Assembly (NCBI RefSeq): GCF_006345805.1
Contig: NC_043007.1
Coordinates: 67,828,001-67,892,000, forward strand
Origin: Octopus sinensis
Lineage: Eukaryota
Direction: 5' to 3'
DNA length: 64,000 bases
Below are positions 1 through 14,112 of this stretch, in pieces. The translations under genes were made by a program, and so were the position numbers. The notes beneath the pieces are model-generated. The model was not told where the DNA came from and did no database searches. It was given only the letters and a program-made list of their open reading frames with translations. Numbering within the stretch: the first letter of the stretch is position 1; each line of letters begins with the position of its first letter.

Positions 1-105
1 GAATACCGAATCTGTCATTCACAGTCCTATCAGAACGATTGTTCTGATACATAAGAACAGCAAACAGTAAATCTGCTGGCGTGCTTATGCTTGATTGAAC
101 TGGAA

Positions 106-592
106 TCTTACTATAATGGGCGTTATGTCCGTCTGTCTGTCCGTCTATCCGTTTCTTTGTCTGTTCCGTTTTCACCGACCACGAGCAACTCTGGATTTTC
201 ATTGTATAGTTCGTGGCTCCATCGTAGATACGAAGGGAGTCGTGAGGACGGTTAATTGCGAAAATAAAACGGAAAAAGTGTGTGTCAGTATATAATGTGT
301 GTGATTATTTAGTGGTCATTGAAGTGTGTCAGTCGCAAGCAGGATTCAAAACGGTTGTTGTTTACTTCTCAGTTTTGTCAATCAATATAACCCATGGTAC
401 CAGAACATCCAGACATTATTTGCATTATTCAAGAGAGGTAAGTTTTAGGTTGATTCTGCTCCCGCATTCACAACAAACAAGGCACAGGGCCAGACTTTAG
501 ATCGTGTAGGTGTATTTTTACCCATTCCGATGTTTACATACGGCCAGTTATACGTCGCTATGAGTAGAGCAACGGACTCCAGTAATTTGAAA
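106..592 (+). mobile_element. Non-autonomous Helitron-like element (degenerate)
   Basis: Starts A|TCTTACTATAAT followed by (TCTG/TCCG) repeats typical of Helitron-N heads; ends in imperfect hairpin CGTCGCT..AGCAACG plus CCAG|T (degenerate CTAG). Confidence 0.45.
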
Positions 593-1214
593 ATTAGTGT
601 CGATCAAACAGAAAATATTGTCTACAAAGAAGTTTTGTAATCATAATGATATTATCGAAAAGAATATGATTCATTATTTAAATAAGGAAATTTGTGAACT
701 TTGACTGTATAAGAGTATAAGCAAGCGTAAAATCGTGTAAACAACTAAAATAAAAGTATATCTAAATAACAATTTTTTCTTAACACTTTTTATGTAGTGG
801 TCAACGGAAACTCTGGCTTTCGTTAGGAGTGGTCCACATAACCATTTATGATACAGAGGCTGAGAGCCTATTTCAGTTCGGGAGTGAATCGTCATCACAC
901 GTCATATAGCTGCAATAGTATGCTGTATCACCAATAATGTGATTTCTCTAAGACATCACCCAGTAATCTATCAAGACCATTTACACATTTCTCAATACAT
1001 ACCGCTGTTAGGACTTCCTTCCCTCATTTTATGCCGCCATTGTAGATGGTTAGATTTGCTAGTTAACAGAATTGCAGCAAAATTTCTTTCTATGTTTGAG
1101 TATGCACGAACGCGCGAAATATCATTGTACATGCATACATTTTATCCAACACCTTTCTGTGCCACACAATTTGATTAATTTCTGTTTGACTAAGCTTTAG
1201 CACGTAATATATTG

Positions 1215-1638
1215 TCTTACTCTATATTGATACAAATAAAATTCTGTCTGTCCGTCTGGGATCCCAGTATCTCAATCTACATTTGATCTACATAGGCATA
1301 TTATACCTTTTTGGAATCAAGATGTTCGCGGGACTTCAAATCTGCACTTCATTTGGTCTTGAGCATCCAGTACTGGGATCTGATTTAAAAACACTTGGGT
1401 TGTTATTTCTAGCAGGTAAAGCTTGGTTGATTCACTCCATCATGTTTGGGGCTTGTCAGATGACATCAGAGATGAAGGGGGAGATAAATGATTGCATTAC
1501 ATAATTAATTCTCATCCTTCCTTAACTTTTGATTTAACATCACCGGGGCATATAGTCATTATGGACATATTATAGTCATGTTATTTAGCTCACTTTAGTT
1601 TGGGGCTGCAAGCCCAATTAGCCCCCCACAGGAGCTAG
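1215..1638 (+). mobile_element. Non-autonomous Helitron-like element
   Basis: 5' TCTTACTCTATATT..TCTGTCTGTCC head; 3' hairpin GGGGCT..AGCCCC followed by CTAG|T at 1635-1638. Confidence 0.55.
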
Positions 1639-1896
1639 TTTAAAAGTCCGCACGGAATGCGGCTTTTAAGTTAGTATAATATAATATGATTACACACACA
1701 CAAGCTAAAATGAGATTTGGAAATCCGAACGTCTTTCTCGGTCAGCAACCCCGTGAACACCGGCTAACAGTCTGCATGAAAGAGGGCAGTTTTTTCTTAA
1801 TGGAAACCATTCCATACAAAACTGAAATTCCTGGGAAAATTATTATTTATGGTCCTTTTTAACAATACATGGTTGAGACGCATTATGAACATCGAA

Positions 1897-2067
1897 TTTT
1901 GGCACAAAGCCAGCAACTTTGGTTGGAAGGGAAAAGTCGATTACATCTACCCTAGATGAATGGGAAAGTCAACCTCAGAGGAATTTGAACTCAGAACGTA
2001 AGGATGGACGAAATGCTGCCAAATATTTTGCCCGGCGTGCTAACGATCCTACCCGTTCGCCACCTTG
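1897..2067 (-). mobile_element. tRNA-derived SINE family A, degraded copy
   Basis: Reverse complement matches the family head (GGCGAGCTGGCAGAATCGTTAGCACGCCGGGC..GTTCTGAGTTCAAATTCC) seen more than 10 times in the window. Confidence 0.8.
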
Positions 2068-2163
2068 AATGGTTACGTAATATTAAACCATATTTCATGT
2101 GATCCATGTTCATCTCATCATATATGAATATGGTCCACATGTAATTATGTAATATTATACATT

Positions 2164-2600
2164 AAGGTGCAGAGCTGGAAGAATCGTTTGCATGCCGGGC
2201 GAAATGCTTAGCAGCATTTCGTCCGCCCTTACGTTCTGAGTTCAAATTCCGCCGAGGTCGACTATGCCTTTCATCCTTTCGGGGTCGATAAATTAAGTAC
2301 CAGTTGCGAAATGGAGCCGTTCTAACCGACTGGCCCCCTCCCCCCAAATTTCGGACCTTGTGCCTAGAGTAGAAAAGAATATATATCAAGGCGGCGAGAT
2401 GGAAGAATCGTTCGCACCCTGGGCAAAATGCTTACTCGCATTTTGTCCGTCGTTACGTTCTGAGTTCAAATTCCGCCGAGGTCGACTTTGTCTTTCATCC
2501 TTTCGGGATCGATAAAATAGGAATCAGTTAAGCATCGGGGTCGATGTAATCGACTTACCTCCGCCCCCAAAGTTGTTGGCCTTGTGCCAAAGTTTGAAAT
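2164..2600 (+). mobile_element. Two tandem SINE family A copies (2164-2382, 2388-2600) with different tails
   Basis: Each has the tRNA-like head with B box GAGTTCAAATTCC and the central GCCTTTCATCCTTTCGGGGTCGATAAA motif; tails end CCTTGTGCCTAGAGTAGAAAAG and CCTTGTGCCAAAGTTTGAAA. Confidence 0.85.
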
Positions 2601-2977
2601 CAGTATCCAATATTACATAACCATTTATATTCTTCATGTGTCTGAAACATGTTTTGTTGAAACGATCGAAATGAAGGAAGAAATCTAATACCATTATTTT
2701 CACTCTTTACTACACACACACACACACACGAAACACAGATATCTCTGCACGTTTTTTTTTGACACGAATGTAATTGAAATATTAACTCGGTTTTTTCTTT
2801 CTTTTTTTTTTTTAAATAAATGCAGATAGACTATTTCAACCATATTTGTAACTTTTGAACATGGTTTTAAAATTCTTTCCAGCCATTATATTTCACGATG
2901 GCAATAAAATAAAACAATGATCAAGATATGGTTGAAGATGATGTTGATGCTAATGTCGAAGATTAAGGCGTATCTTT

Positions 2978-2978
2978 C

Positions 2979-3056
<78 letters not shown>

Positions 3057-3530
3057 ATTATTATTATTATTATTATTATTTAAAAGCAATTCTAAAGTTA
3101 AAATGTCTTCAGAATCGCCAAGACGGTGATCTACACGACAACAGTTACAACAACAATAACAACAACAAAACCCCCTGCAGCAGCAGCAACAACAGCAATA
3201 ACAACAACAACAACAACTGCAGCAACGACAATAACAATAACAACAACAGCAATTATAGTAGCAGCTGCAGCAACAACAACAACAATGATAATAACAGCAA
3301 TGTTATTACTATCAAATGAATAAAAAGGAAACTAACTTTACCGTTAACAAATAACAAGAACAATATTAATAATATTGAAAAGTAGCGATTATAATAGCAA
3401 CAACTACAACAGTATCAACAACAATAAAGATGAAACATTTACCAAAAACAACAAAAACAAAACAAAAAAAAAAACCGAGATTCCATTAACAACAGCAACA
3501 ATAACAACAACAACGACGACGACGATGATG
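2978..3530. repeat. (TTA)n array followed by degenerate (CAA/CAG)n tract
   Basis: Direct reading; source of the poly-N and poly-T ORFs. Confidence 0.95.
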
Positions 3531-3749
3531 AAGACGAGAGAGAAACACCGTAACACTCATAATGGAAAACTAAGAGGAAAAAACATGGAGACAGAGCTTG
3601 AAATGGGGTTGTATTTCAACATACACCACATACATATACATACATACCCATACACAAACGTGTGTGTGTGTGCGTGTGTGGGTATATATATATATATATA
3701 TATGTGCACATACACATATACACCTCCATACGTATATGCACAACATATG

Positions 3750-3804
<55 letters not shown>

Positions 3805-4025
3805 TATATACGCGAGCACGATCACGCATGCATACATACATACACGACTTCATATACGGCGTACATTTGCATACTTTCATATGAGTATAAAGCACACGTT
3901 TATACATACATACATACATACATACACATGTGCAAACTCATACATACACAAATATACATACACACAGAACATTTTCTAAAATTGTGGAGATAACAGTACA
4001 AAATGATTTGACAAGTTAAACAGGT

Positions 4026-4171
4026 ATCTATCTATCTCCCAGTCTGTCTGTCTGTCTGTCTGTCTACCTATCTGTCTGTCTGTCTACCTATCTGTCTGTC
4101 TGTCTGCCTGCCTGCCTGTCTGCCTGTCTGTCTATCTGTCTGTCTGTCTGTCTGTCTGTCTTTCTTTCTTT

Positions 4172-4262
<91 letters not shown>

Positions 4263-4342
4263 CTTATCTGCTTGCCTGCCTACATACCTGTCTGGCTGTT
4301 TGCCTACCTGTCTGCCTGCCGCCTGCCTGCCTGTCTGTCTGC

Positions 4343-4403
<61 letters not shown>
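4026..4403. repeat. (TCTG)n/(TCTA)n compound tetranucleotide microsatellite
   Basis: Direct reading. Confidence 0.95.
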
Positions 4404-4405
<2 letters not shown>

Positions 4406-4619
4406 GTTTCTTTATTGCCCACAAGGGGCTAAACATGGAGGGGGCAAACAAAGACAGACAAAGGGATTAAGTCGATTACATCGACCCCAGTGCGTAACTG
4501 GTACTTAATTTATCGACCTCGAAAGGATGAAAGGCGGAATTCGAACTCAGGACGTAGACAGACGAAATACTGCTTAGAATTTCGCCCGGCGTGCTAACGT
4601 TTCTGCCAGCTCGCCGCCT
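4404..4619 (-). mobile_element. SINE family A, full length, with Tx1-like tail variant
   Basis: Intact head and central domain; tail TTTGCCCCCTCCATGTTTAGCCCCTTGTGGGCAATAAAGAAAC. Confidence 0.9.
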
Positions 4620-4687
4620 GCCTACCTATCTGTCTGTCTGTTTGCATGCCTGTCTGTTTGTCCGTCTGTCTGTTTGTCTGTTTGTCT

Positions 4688-5809
4688 CGCGTTGCTCTCA
4701 AGCAACTCTGCCGTCCTGGGTCAACCTTCAGTGACTCCATCACAACCAAAGCATTCTATAGGGGATTAGTGGAGGGGAGGTACGACGACGAGCTTGGGGC
4801 GAACCTGGACGTCGACGAGGAATACCTGACCCGCCTGTTCGGGATGACTTTCGGGCCAGGGCCCATGGACAACTTCCAGAGATTCCTGGCCTGGCAGTGC
4901 TACCGAGAAGCGCTACCCGTTCGGGATAAGCTCTACAGACACGGCTCCAGAAACACGAGGCCGACCTGCCCGAGATGCGGTCAGAGCGACGAAACCGTTC
5001 TGCACGAACTCGTGCAGTGTCCAACAATTTCCGACCTGTGGACTTATGTCGAACAACTGCTGTCACGTGTGGGACGAGTCGGTTTATCAGCTGAGTCTAT
5101 CGTCAATATTGTCACGCCTCCTTCCTCCAAACGGGAAGGAAGAGCTATTTTCATCATCCTTGTGGCTATGGCGAAAGAATGTATCTGGTGGACGCGTCTG
5201 AAAGGATTGGAGACAAACACTTTCCTCTCTGGTCAACCTCTCATCAACTTCTTCAAGTACCACTTGAAAAGGAAAGTGAGAGTAGAGAGGCAAGTTTTGT
5301 CTAGCGAACGTTTAAAAAAAAGATGGGTGAATGTAGCAAGGATGGCACGTATGAATGATGAAGCCACCTTGAGCATAATCCTATGAACCCAGAAATTGAA
5401 AACAGAGGGTTACCCACTTGCAAACAAACGTGGTAACATATAACAATATTGACCAAGGTTACCGTGGTCTTTTTCGTAGGCTTTTCTTCCCACGGATAAA
5501 CCTTACTTGCTTTCCCCTTTACACCATACATCATGACACTGTGATACACGATCCCTATTGATCGTTTTCTTTTCCTCTTCCCCTTTTTCCTCTTTTTTCT
5601 TCTTTTTTCATTTCTCTTTTCTTTTGTTCCTTTTCCTTTTTTCTTTTTTTTCTTTTTTTCTTTTTTCTTTTTTGTTCTTTTTTCCCTTTTACGATCTCTT
5701 TTGATCGAAAACCTACGCCACCTTTTTTTTTCATCCCCAAAAAGAAAAGCTCTACCTTGTAACTTGTCCCATCTGTGTGCAGCCCTGTGTGGCCAATAAA
5801 GAAACTTAA
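4688..5809 (+). mobile_element. 5'-truncated Tx1/L1-like non-LTR retrotransposon (ORF2 C-terminus with zf-RVT-type zinc finger plus 3' UTR)
   Basis: ORF to 5386: FLAWQCYREALPVRDKLYRHG..TCPRCGQSDETVLHELVQCP (CX2CX7HX4C). The ~420-bp T-rich 3' UTR ends CCAATAAAGAAAC. Flanked by (TCTG)n and (TATC)n. Confidence 0.85.
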
Positions 5810-5947
<138 letters not shown>

Positions 5948-6367
5948 GTGTGTATGCCTGTCTGCCTACCCATCTGTCTATCTATCTATCTGTCTGTCAG
6001 TGTTTATGTACAGATAGATATATAAATTGAATAGACAGAAAAACAGAATAAAAAGATAAATAAATAGTTTAAGAAAATGATATTTACTTATATAGGCAGA
6101 TAAACAGCCAGATATATATATATGCGTGAATACCTAAAATATATAATTAATTTTCAGAATCTGTTTTGAGGCTCAGCGAGAAAATGACAAACCTGCATAT
6201 ATATATATATTTATATATATGCGCACGCATATAATTATTATAATTATTAGCAAGTTATAGATTCTTTACAAGGCTTTGATATTTTCATTTCGTTCCAAAG
6301 CCTTGAAGGACTACCTTCACATTTATGTATGTATGTATGTATGTATGTATGTATGTATGTATGTATG

Positions 6368-6398
<31 letters not shown>

Positions 6399-6545
6399 TT
6401 ATATTCGTATATATGCATGTTTGTATATTTTTTTACATATGTACATATAAATATACATAAATTCATATATATAAATATATATTAATATAATTGGAAGTTT
6501 ATATACATATAAGTGTATATATGTATATATGCGTACACTATATAT

Positions 6546-6592
<47 letters not shown>

Positions 6593-7209
6593 TACATATG
6601 TGTATGTCTGTGTTTGTGTGTGTGTTTGCGTTTGTGTTTTTGGGTGTGTGTATGTAAAACATTCTGTCTTTCAGAATCTAATTATAAGTCTTATTTTTTT
6701 TTCCTACTTTCTCCCTGTATTTAATTATAATTCTCGCTCAGCTTTAGTAGAGGTCTATATTTATTACTTTTTTTTCCAAGAAACCTACTACTGACACTTT
6801 AATTCCTTTGTTATTTAATTTAAAATAAAGTTCTTTATCTTTTGTTTCGATATATTAAAAAAAAACAACAACCACACATGTGCAGACATCCTGCCATATT
6901 TTTTTAATGAATTGCTATAATTGAAGCAAATACTCTTTTCATTGGAAAAGCTCGAATAGATCGAAACTTAATGCCACTCGAAATGAATACTATTCATTTC
7001 AGTATGTCACACACTCACACACGTACGTACGTGTGTGCGTTAAAATAAGGTTATTATTTTTAAAGCTGTTTGAAGAATATGAACGGAACATTTACAGATG
7101 GGACATTCTGTTGAGAGTTCAGTCAAATTTACTGCAAAGTTCGAGTTGATTTATAAACTTACCATATGGAGGTGGGCCAAAAGTCACACACGAAATTATT
7201 ATTATTATT

Positions 7210-7600
7210 GAGTGAGAGAGCAGTGCATGCCATCAAAGTAACACTGAGGTAAAATATACGATGCCTAGTATACCCATCATGACTACCCGTCTGATAAGTG
7301 TACATCAGGCACATGCATCATAACCATATGTGCGCGACATGGTGATCTCATATCAAGATAAAGAGCGCATGACCTTGCAAGTGGGGCCCAGTTAGAATTT
7401 TCTTCTGGTCGAGTAACCCATCCCGCTCAAATGGTCTCTGAATAAGGATTGTTTAAGGATGTTGAACGAACCATCCATGTTTCCAAAGATGAATTATCCA
7501 AACTTCCAAGAATTCCTTTCAACACAGCGCTATGATGCTCCCCCACTACTTCTGTTCATGATCAGAGATGCACATATCGTCAGCCACCAAGGGACATGGT
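7210..7600 (-). mobile_element. Non-coding retroelement tail (family D) ending in (TAA)n; second copy at 25705-25950 (+)
   Basis: Two copies share GGACCATTTGAGCGGGATGG..TTCTAACTGGGCCCCAC..GCAAGGTCATGCG; this copy ends CTCTCTCACTCAATAATAATAAT. Confidence 0.7.
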
Positions 7601-7768
7601 CAAATGATGACGGTCAAACAATTGACAAGCAAATCTGTGGTATTGAGCAGAATAGCCTATCTTATATACAAAGACAATGTACATGATAACACTTCCAATC
7701 AGTTAAGATCAGAAGCCATGAGAGCCACTGTCTGGTACTGCATCAGAGCATTATTTTTATTATTATTA

Positions 7769-7820
<52 letters not shown>

Positions 7821-7837
7821 TTTTATTATTATTATTA

Positions 7838-10800
7838 CTTTTTTTTTCTTCTTTCAAATTTGCTTCCATTTCTTGCCGAGTGTCTTCCCGACTCCTAGGG
7901 CAAAGAAACTCATAGTATACAATGGTAGGCCATTAAACCAAACTCAATAGTTCGTTCATTTTTTTTTTTTTTTAAGTTAAATTAAAATACATGAGCAGCA
8001 ACAGTTCTCACATCGACAATGCTCTTCTCAATACGTGTGATGTACCAGTTAAGACAATCTTTTGCACTTCTTGCAGGGATGGTAAGCCAGGGATCATTCT
8101 CATATAATTTTCGGTTCCCTTCTTGATCATTCCTAGTGCTCCTACGATCACTGGTATTGTAACCGCCTTGAGATGCCACATTTTCTCAATTTCAATGAGT
8201 AGGTCTTTATATTTTCTGAGCTTGTCAAACTCTTTCGCTGAGATATTATGATCACAGGGGATGCTCATGTCGATCAATAAGCAAACTTTATTGTTTTGGT
8301 CTTTCACAACAATATCTGGTTTATTGGCCTTGATGGTTCGGTCTGTATGTACTGGAAAGTCCCACAGAATGGTTACATTTTCTCCTTCAGTTACAGCCTC
8401 AGGGTGGTGATTATACCACTTGTCGACAGTTTTGATATTGTAATGCCGACTTATTAGCCAGTGGAGATATTAGCCAACTCTGTCATGTCTTAATTTATAC
8501 TCCACTGGTGCTAAGACTTTACATCCAGAGATTAGGTGGTCCACTGTTTCAATCATGTCGTTGCAGAATCGGCATTTTGGTTCTGCTCCATTTTTCATCA
8601 CATTGGCCTGGTAGTTCCGGGTTAATAGGCTTTGATCTTGAGCAGCCAGGATGAAACCTTCGCTCTCTGCTTTTAGCCCTGAGCTCCGTAGCCACTGATG
8701 GGTTTGCTTCTGGTCAACATCAGCTTGTTTGCTGCGGGTCACATATTTGCCGTGCAGAGGTTTCTCCTCCCACCTATCAGCCAATTGCTCGTGCGCTTTT
8801 TTCATTGCCATCATTTTCACCTTCTTTGCAACAATAGTTGCCGTACTTCCCTCGGGTTGTTCAGTTTGGGTATCCTGCACGAGATCAATAGCAAATTTTT
8901 TGCTTTCCTTTATGATAGAATGAAGCTTTTTTCGTCTCTCGTGATTTTCCACGAGCTTTAGCATCCAGTCATTCGATATTTCGAGATATTTGGCCAGTCC
9001 AATTGTGGTTGTTTTGTAAGCTAGTTCAAATTGGATCAGGCCTCGACCTCCTTGGGCTCTGGGAAGGTAAGGCGATCTACGTCTGCCTTTGGGTGGTGCA
9101 TCCTATTACAACTCAGCAGCTTGCGTATTTTTCTATCTATATTCTTTACTTCACTCATATTCCAGTTCAACACATTGTAGCTATAAGTAACAACTGGAAC
9201 TGCTAAGGAATTTATAGCTAACACCTTGTTACGTGCATTTAGTTCAGATTTCAGGACTGCACGAACTCTCCTATAACATTCCTTCCTGATTTTCTCTTTC
9301 ATGCTTGCACGCTGAATACCAGAGCCTTCATTTATCCCTAAATATTTGTATGTTTGTTCTTGCTCAAGCTCTCTTATGACTGTGTCAACATCTAACACGA
9401 CTGAATTTGTGGTCTTCACTTTCCTTTTCTGGAAAGTGGCCTTGGCACACTTCTCAAGTCCAAACTCCATCCCGATGTCATCGCTGAATGCTTTCACGGT
9501 GCGCAATAGGCCTTCAAGTTCATTATTGTCTTTACCATAAAGTTTTAAGTCATCCATATAAAATAGGTGGCTTATTTTTTTATTGGCAATTTTATACCCA
9601 TACCCTGTTCTGTTTAATTCACTTGTAAGGGGTATTAGGGCTATGTAGAATATTAAAGGTGAAAGTGAGTCACCTTGAAAAATTCCACAGTTGATGTTTA
9701 TATTTTCTGAGGCAAGTACTCCATTAGAGTGGTATAATTGGAGATTCGTATTCCACAACGACATATTGTGCTTCAGGAAGTTTGAAATCACAGGGGAAAT
9801 TTTGAAGATGTCCAGCGATCTCAAGATCCATGGATGCGGTATACTGTCGAAGGCCTTTTTGTAGTCAATCCATGCGGTGCTGAGATTTCTGCGCTTGTTG
9901 TGACAGTTCTCAAGGATCATACGATTGATTAGCAGTTGATCTTTGCATCCGTAAGAGCCTCGGCGGCACCCTTTTTGTTCAATAGGGAAAATATCGTTCT
10001 TCTCCATGAATGCATATCTTTTCTCCGCCAGGATAGATGTTAGGATGTTATACGTGGTGAATAGACAGGTTATAGGCCGATAGTTTTTTGGAAGGTTGGT
10101 TTCGTTATTCTTTGGGAGTAGGTAAGTAATGCCACTTGCTAACCATTCAGGTGTTTTCTTTGGGTCTCTCATAATTCCATTGAGCAGCTGAACTAGCTTA
10201 CCGTGTGCGCATGGGAGCGATGCGAGCCAGAAATTCGGCACCCTATCTTTACCGGGGGATTTCCAATTATGGGCCTTCGTGAGTGCCTTTCTTAGGTCTG
10301 CTATTGTGATGTCTTCCATGCTTGTTGTTGTAAATTTTGGTAGGATCCTTCAGTTTGTATAATCCAGTCTGCATTTATGTTGTACATCTTCTTGTCACTC
10401 CAAATCCTTTTCCAAAAGTTTTGAACTTCTTCCATGGGAGGGGGGGTCTTTAACGGTTACTTTCTCCTTCTCTATTTCTCTGTAGAATTTTTTGGCATTG
10501 GATGTGAACAGCTTATTTTGCTTGTAAAACTTGTTTCTCTTCTCAAATTTTCGTATTCTTTGGGCTTTTGCTTGGACCTTTTGTTTCAGCGTTTCTTTTA
10601 TTGATATCAGTTCTTCTCTTGGTGAGGATCCAAATTTTCTCTTCATCTTTCTTCCTGTTCTGGATCTTACATCATTTCCACATATTAGTTCATTTAATAT
10701 TGATATTTCCCCTCTCATAAATTCAATCTCTTTTTCAATTTTACTTCTCCAGGTTTGATTTCTTCCCAGGTTTTGTTTTCTTTGTTTTTTCGGGGGCATA

Positions 10801-11800
10801 CAGCTGGTTTCAATTGCCCTAGCAGAAGCGTAAATAATTTCATTTAACTCAGTAAAATCAGGTTTTAATTCTCGTATTATTTCATTTGTTACATAATTGC
10901 CAATTTGGATTTGTTTTTTATTTTGGTTTGTATTTGAGAGTTTATGAAGTGGTTCTCTATCATTCATACTTGTATGTTTTACAACTTCAAGCGTATTCAG
11001 GATTTTCTGCCTCATTTCTGCCATAGACTCTCTGTGTTCTTCAGCAAATGCGAGATCTTCAGTTACTGTTGTTTTTTCGTTTTCCTGGCTATCTTTAACA
11101 GGTACAATAGAATTTCTTGTATCTTCAGGCCTTTGCGTACTTTGGTCAGATGGCAGTCTTTCAATTAAGCCTCGTGGCGGGCTATACTGTTCATCTGATT
11201 CTTCATTTCCTTTGTGTCTTATATTTATGTCATTTTCCGTTGCGTGCTTGATTGCGCTTATTTCACTGTCTGTGAGTCTGTTATTTCTAAGGATATCCCT
11301 CCTCACATTTGCTAATTTGTTCTCGTCCAAATAGGGCCTACTGTCTTGATTCCGTGTTCTCCATATACTGTAAGAGTTTGCGGTGTGTCTCTCTTGAGAT
11401 GGCCTACCTAATGCATAGTAATAAGCGTATATTACTTCTTTATACTCTTCTCGGGTCCATTTGTTCCGCTTACATTTTTCTTTCTGTGGTGGTTGTGGTG
11501 GTGAACTTGGAGGACTCGAGTTGGGGGATTTCCCGTTCAAGTGACCATCCATGTCCGTATTCGGAGAAGAGTTTGTGCCAGTTGATGACTTTTCGATCCC
11601 AGGCTGGCTCTTCCCTGGGGGACGCGCTCCAGATTAACCATAGGACAAGCGATTTGGTATACTGATTTAGTTTTCCTTTTAGTTTCCAAAAACATTTTGG
11701 TGCTACGATAATGTTATCATTTTTTAGCTTTGATTGGCTCGTGGGGAGACGGCCATCGTTGCCGTTACAATTATAATCGTACCATTATAGCAGCCGTAGT
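7838..11800 (-). mobile_element. Near full-length R4/Dong-clade non-LTR retrotransposon (Dong-A), disrupted
   Basis: ORF segments 11552-10395 (KWTREEY N-terminal motif), 10319-9036 (RT: QGDSLSP, YMDD), 8964-8470 (CRFC..HLISGC, RHD) and 8307-8008 (PD-(D/E)xK restriction-like endonuclease: IDMSIP..K..KY). Broken by frameshifts and one stop; (TAA)n on both sides. Confidence 0.95.
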
Positions 11801-11814
11801 CGGCTTATTATTGT

Positions 11815-12032
11815 TATTATCATCACCATTACCATCACTATCATCATTATCACCACCATTACCATCATCATTATCATCATCACCATCACCATCACCACCA
11901 TCATCATCAATGATATTGTTTTATGTGTAGTCACAGCAGTATCTTATTATTATTATTTTTGTTTTTTATTATTATTATTGTTATTATTATTATATTATTA
12001 TTATTATTATTATTATTATATTATTATTATTA

Positions 12033-12083
<51 letters not shown>

Positions 12084-12157
12084 TATTATTATTATTGTTA
12101 TTATTATTATTATTATTATATTATTATTATTTTATTATTATTATTATTATTATTATT
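11815..12157. repeat. (TCA)n/(TTA)n array between two Dong-type elements
   Basis: Direct reading. Confidence 0.95.
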
Positions 12158-12600
12158 TAGTGAAAACTCTCAGCTTGTTTTGCCGGGTATGATGGAAAGT
12201 GTCAGCTTTCCACAGGCAGCAGACTAAAGTGATACTTGTTTACTGGTCATGCTTCCAGAACCCTGCAAAGAATGCTTGCAGTACCAAGCAATGCTGATTT
12301 TTATAGGGGTTCTACCTTTACATTTGTACCAATCTTTTTGAGCCATGTTGGTAGTTGTGTGCTGATACTCCCAAGTGCGTCAGTTACTATTGATATCACA
12401 TCTGCTCTTCTCATTAACCACAACCTTTGTATCTCACACTTCAAATCGTCGTAGTTGTTCATTTTTCTTCTTTCTCCCTTGATCCTGTCGTCACCAGGAC
12501 ATACTATGTCGATTATCATGCAAGTTCTTTCTGTTTTATTCCCCACAATAATGTCCGGTTTCCGATGTTTGATTCAGTTACAAGTACGGGTGTATTCATT
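12158..12600 (-). mobile_element. 3' fragment of a second R4/Dong subfamily (Dong-C)
   Basis: RKPDII..CMIIDIVCPGD..YDDLKCEIQRLW..KSALLGTASIL.RVLEA* endonuclease C-terminus; short 3' UTR runs directly into (TAA)n. Confidence 0.85.
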
Positions 12601-13289
12601 ATTATATTTAATCTATTCCTTTTTAGAAGAATTAAAGCATTGAACTTATCTTGTACGTTATACTTGTCACACCCCTTGTATATGTATCTATATATATATA
12701 TTTGTTTGTCTCGAGTATGACTTTAAGCTGTATCCAGTAGTAGGGCCTTTGTTCCAGAGATCTAGGGTTTTAAGGGGTGTAGAACCACTTCCTAGCCACT
12801 ATTGTCTCCAGGTCTTCTCTGATCAGGAGTAGTAGAAACTGTCAGGGTTCCAGCTACAGGTCAATTAGAATATTATGGAAGAAACTCCAACCACAAATCC
12901 TCACTGCCTTGTGAGTGCCTTGAGAAAGGAAAAGGCTAGAGGGAACCAACCTTAACAAAAACTAAAGAGTGGATCCCTCGGGCACTCCTGTGTTCTCTTT
13001 GACACCCCATGTAGTTCGATCTCCTCAGACCTGTAAGGCAATTTACGTATGAGAAGGCCACTATAATGTAAAACATACAGCTAGTCATTGGAGTCGTCTT
13101 AACCCACTGAACCACTATGGTCAGGCCGCCAAGTCCAAAACGTGGGAGTGGATTATGTGAGCTGACTCTCACTTTAAAACTACTACACGCAGGCAGGAAT
13201 AAAGGGCTTGCAGAGTCAAGGATCCTTTTACACAACCACTCGCTGGCATGCCGTGCTCTCATATAATTTTCGGACAGGTAGAAACTACC

Positions 13290-13800
13290 ATCATATTTAT
13301 GTAATGCGAAACAATGGAATGGCAAATATCAAGAAACTTTCCGTTGGGTATTTGTGTGCATTCTCGTTCAACAGCTACCTTCAATTATTCCTCGACTGTT
13401 GTCGAATTTGTACCATAAACTTTGTCTTTTAAGTATCCTCATTAAAAAGTCAAGTGGCGTGAGGTCTGGTGAACGCGGAGGTTATCCTACAGAACCTCTT
13501 CGTTCAATTCCCCTGTTTGGCAAAATCACACCATTTCAGATCTTTACATTACTGTGATTGTATTAGGTTTTGATGGAAGCGCTCTCCCTGTTCATCGCTT
13601 AGAACTACAAGGTTCTCGAAGAAATAGAGAAGGTGAATATTCAGGAAAGAACTATTCAAAAACAATCTCCATTCTGTTGAATTTACTGAGCAACGCCTAT
13701 CTGCGTGAAAAGTCCTGGGGTATCGTGGCGGTAAAGAAATTGCTTGTCTTCTGAAAAAAATTTCACAATAATCTGCTCCCGCATTCCGAAATTTGACACT
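13290..13800 (-). mobile_element. Degraded Tc1/mariner (DD41D/rosa-like) transposase remnant
   Basis: Minus strand reads PPRSPDLTPLDF..YLKDKVY..VERECTQIP with stops and frameshifts. Confidence 0.7.
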
Positions 13801-14047
13801 TTTGTAGAGCTTCCAAGATTTTTCTCATTTAGCCCAAGATTTTTCTCAAAAATGTCAAATTGCGTAGAAGCTAGAGTATGCTGACGAAAATTGATTTAAA
13901 ATTTGAAATCAGTGTTGAAAAAATTAGAATCAGTTGAAAAGTCCCATGCGATAGCAAATAAGAAAAAATATTGTCCCTTAGTGTAAGCTGTATCTATAGA
14001 CGCTCAGACCGCTTCCTAAACGTTATCTTTAAGATAACATGTTAGCA

Positions 14048-14104
<57 letters not shown>

Positions 14105-14112
14105 TATATATA

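Noticed and set aside
3557-3979. Numerous YI-, HT-, CV-, LS- and poly-N/I/T-rich ORFs here and throughout the window
   Set aside because: They are translations of (TA)n, (CA)n, (TATC)n, (AG)n and (TAA)n microsatellites with no coding signal.
13881-13920. CTGACGA-AAATT..AATTT-GAAA hammerhead look-alike
   Set aside because: No UH triplet after stem III and no stem I; it lies in an AT-rich transposon terminal motif.
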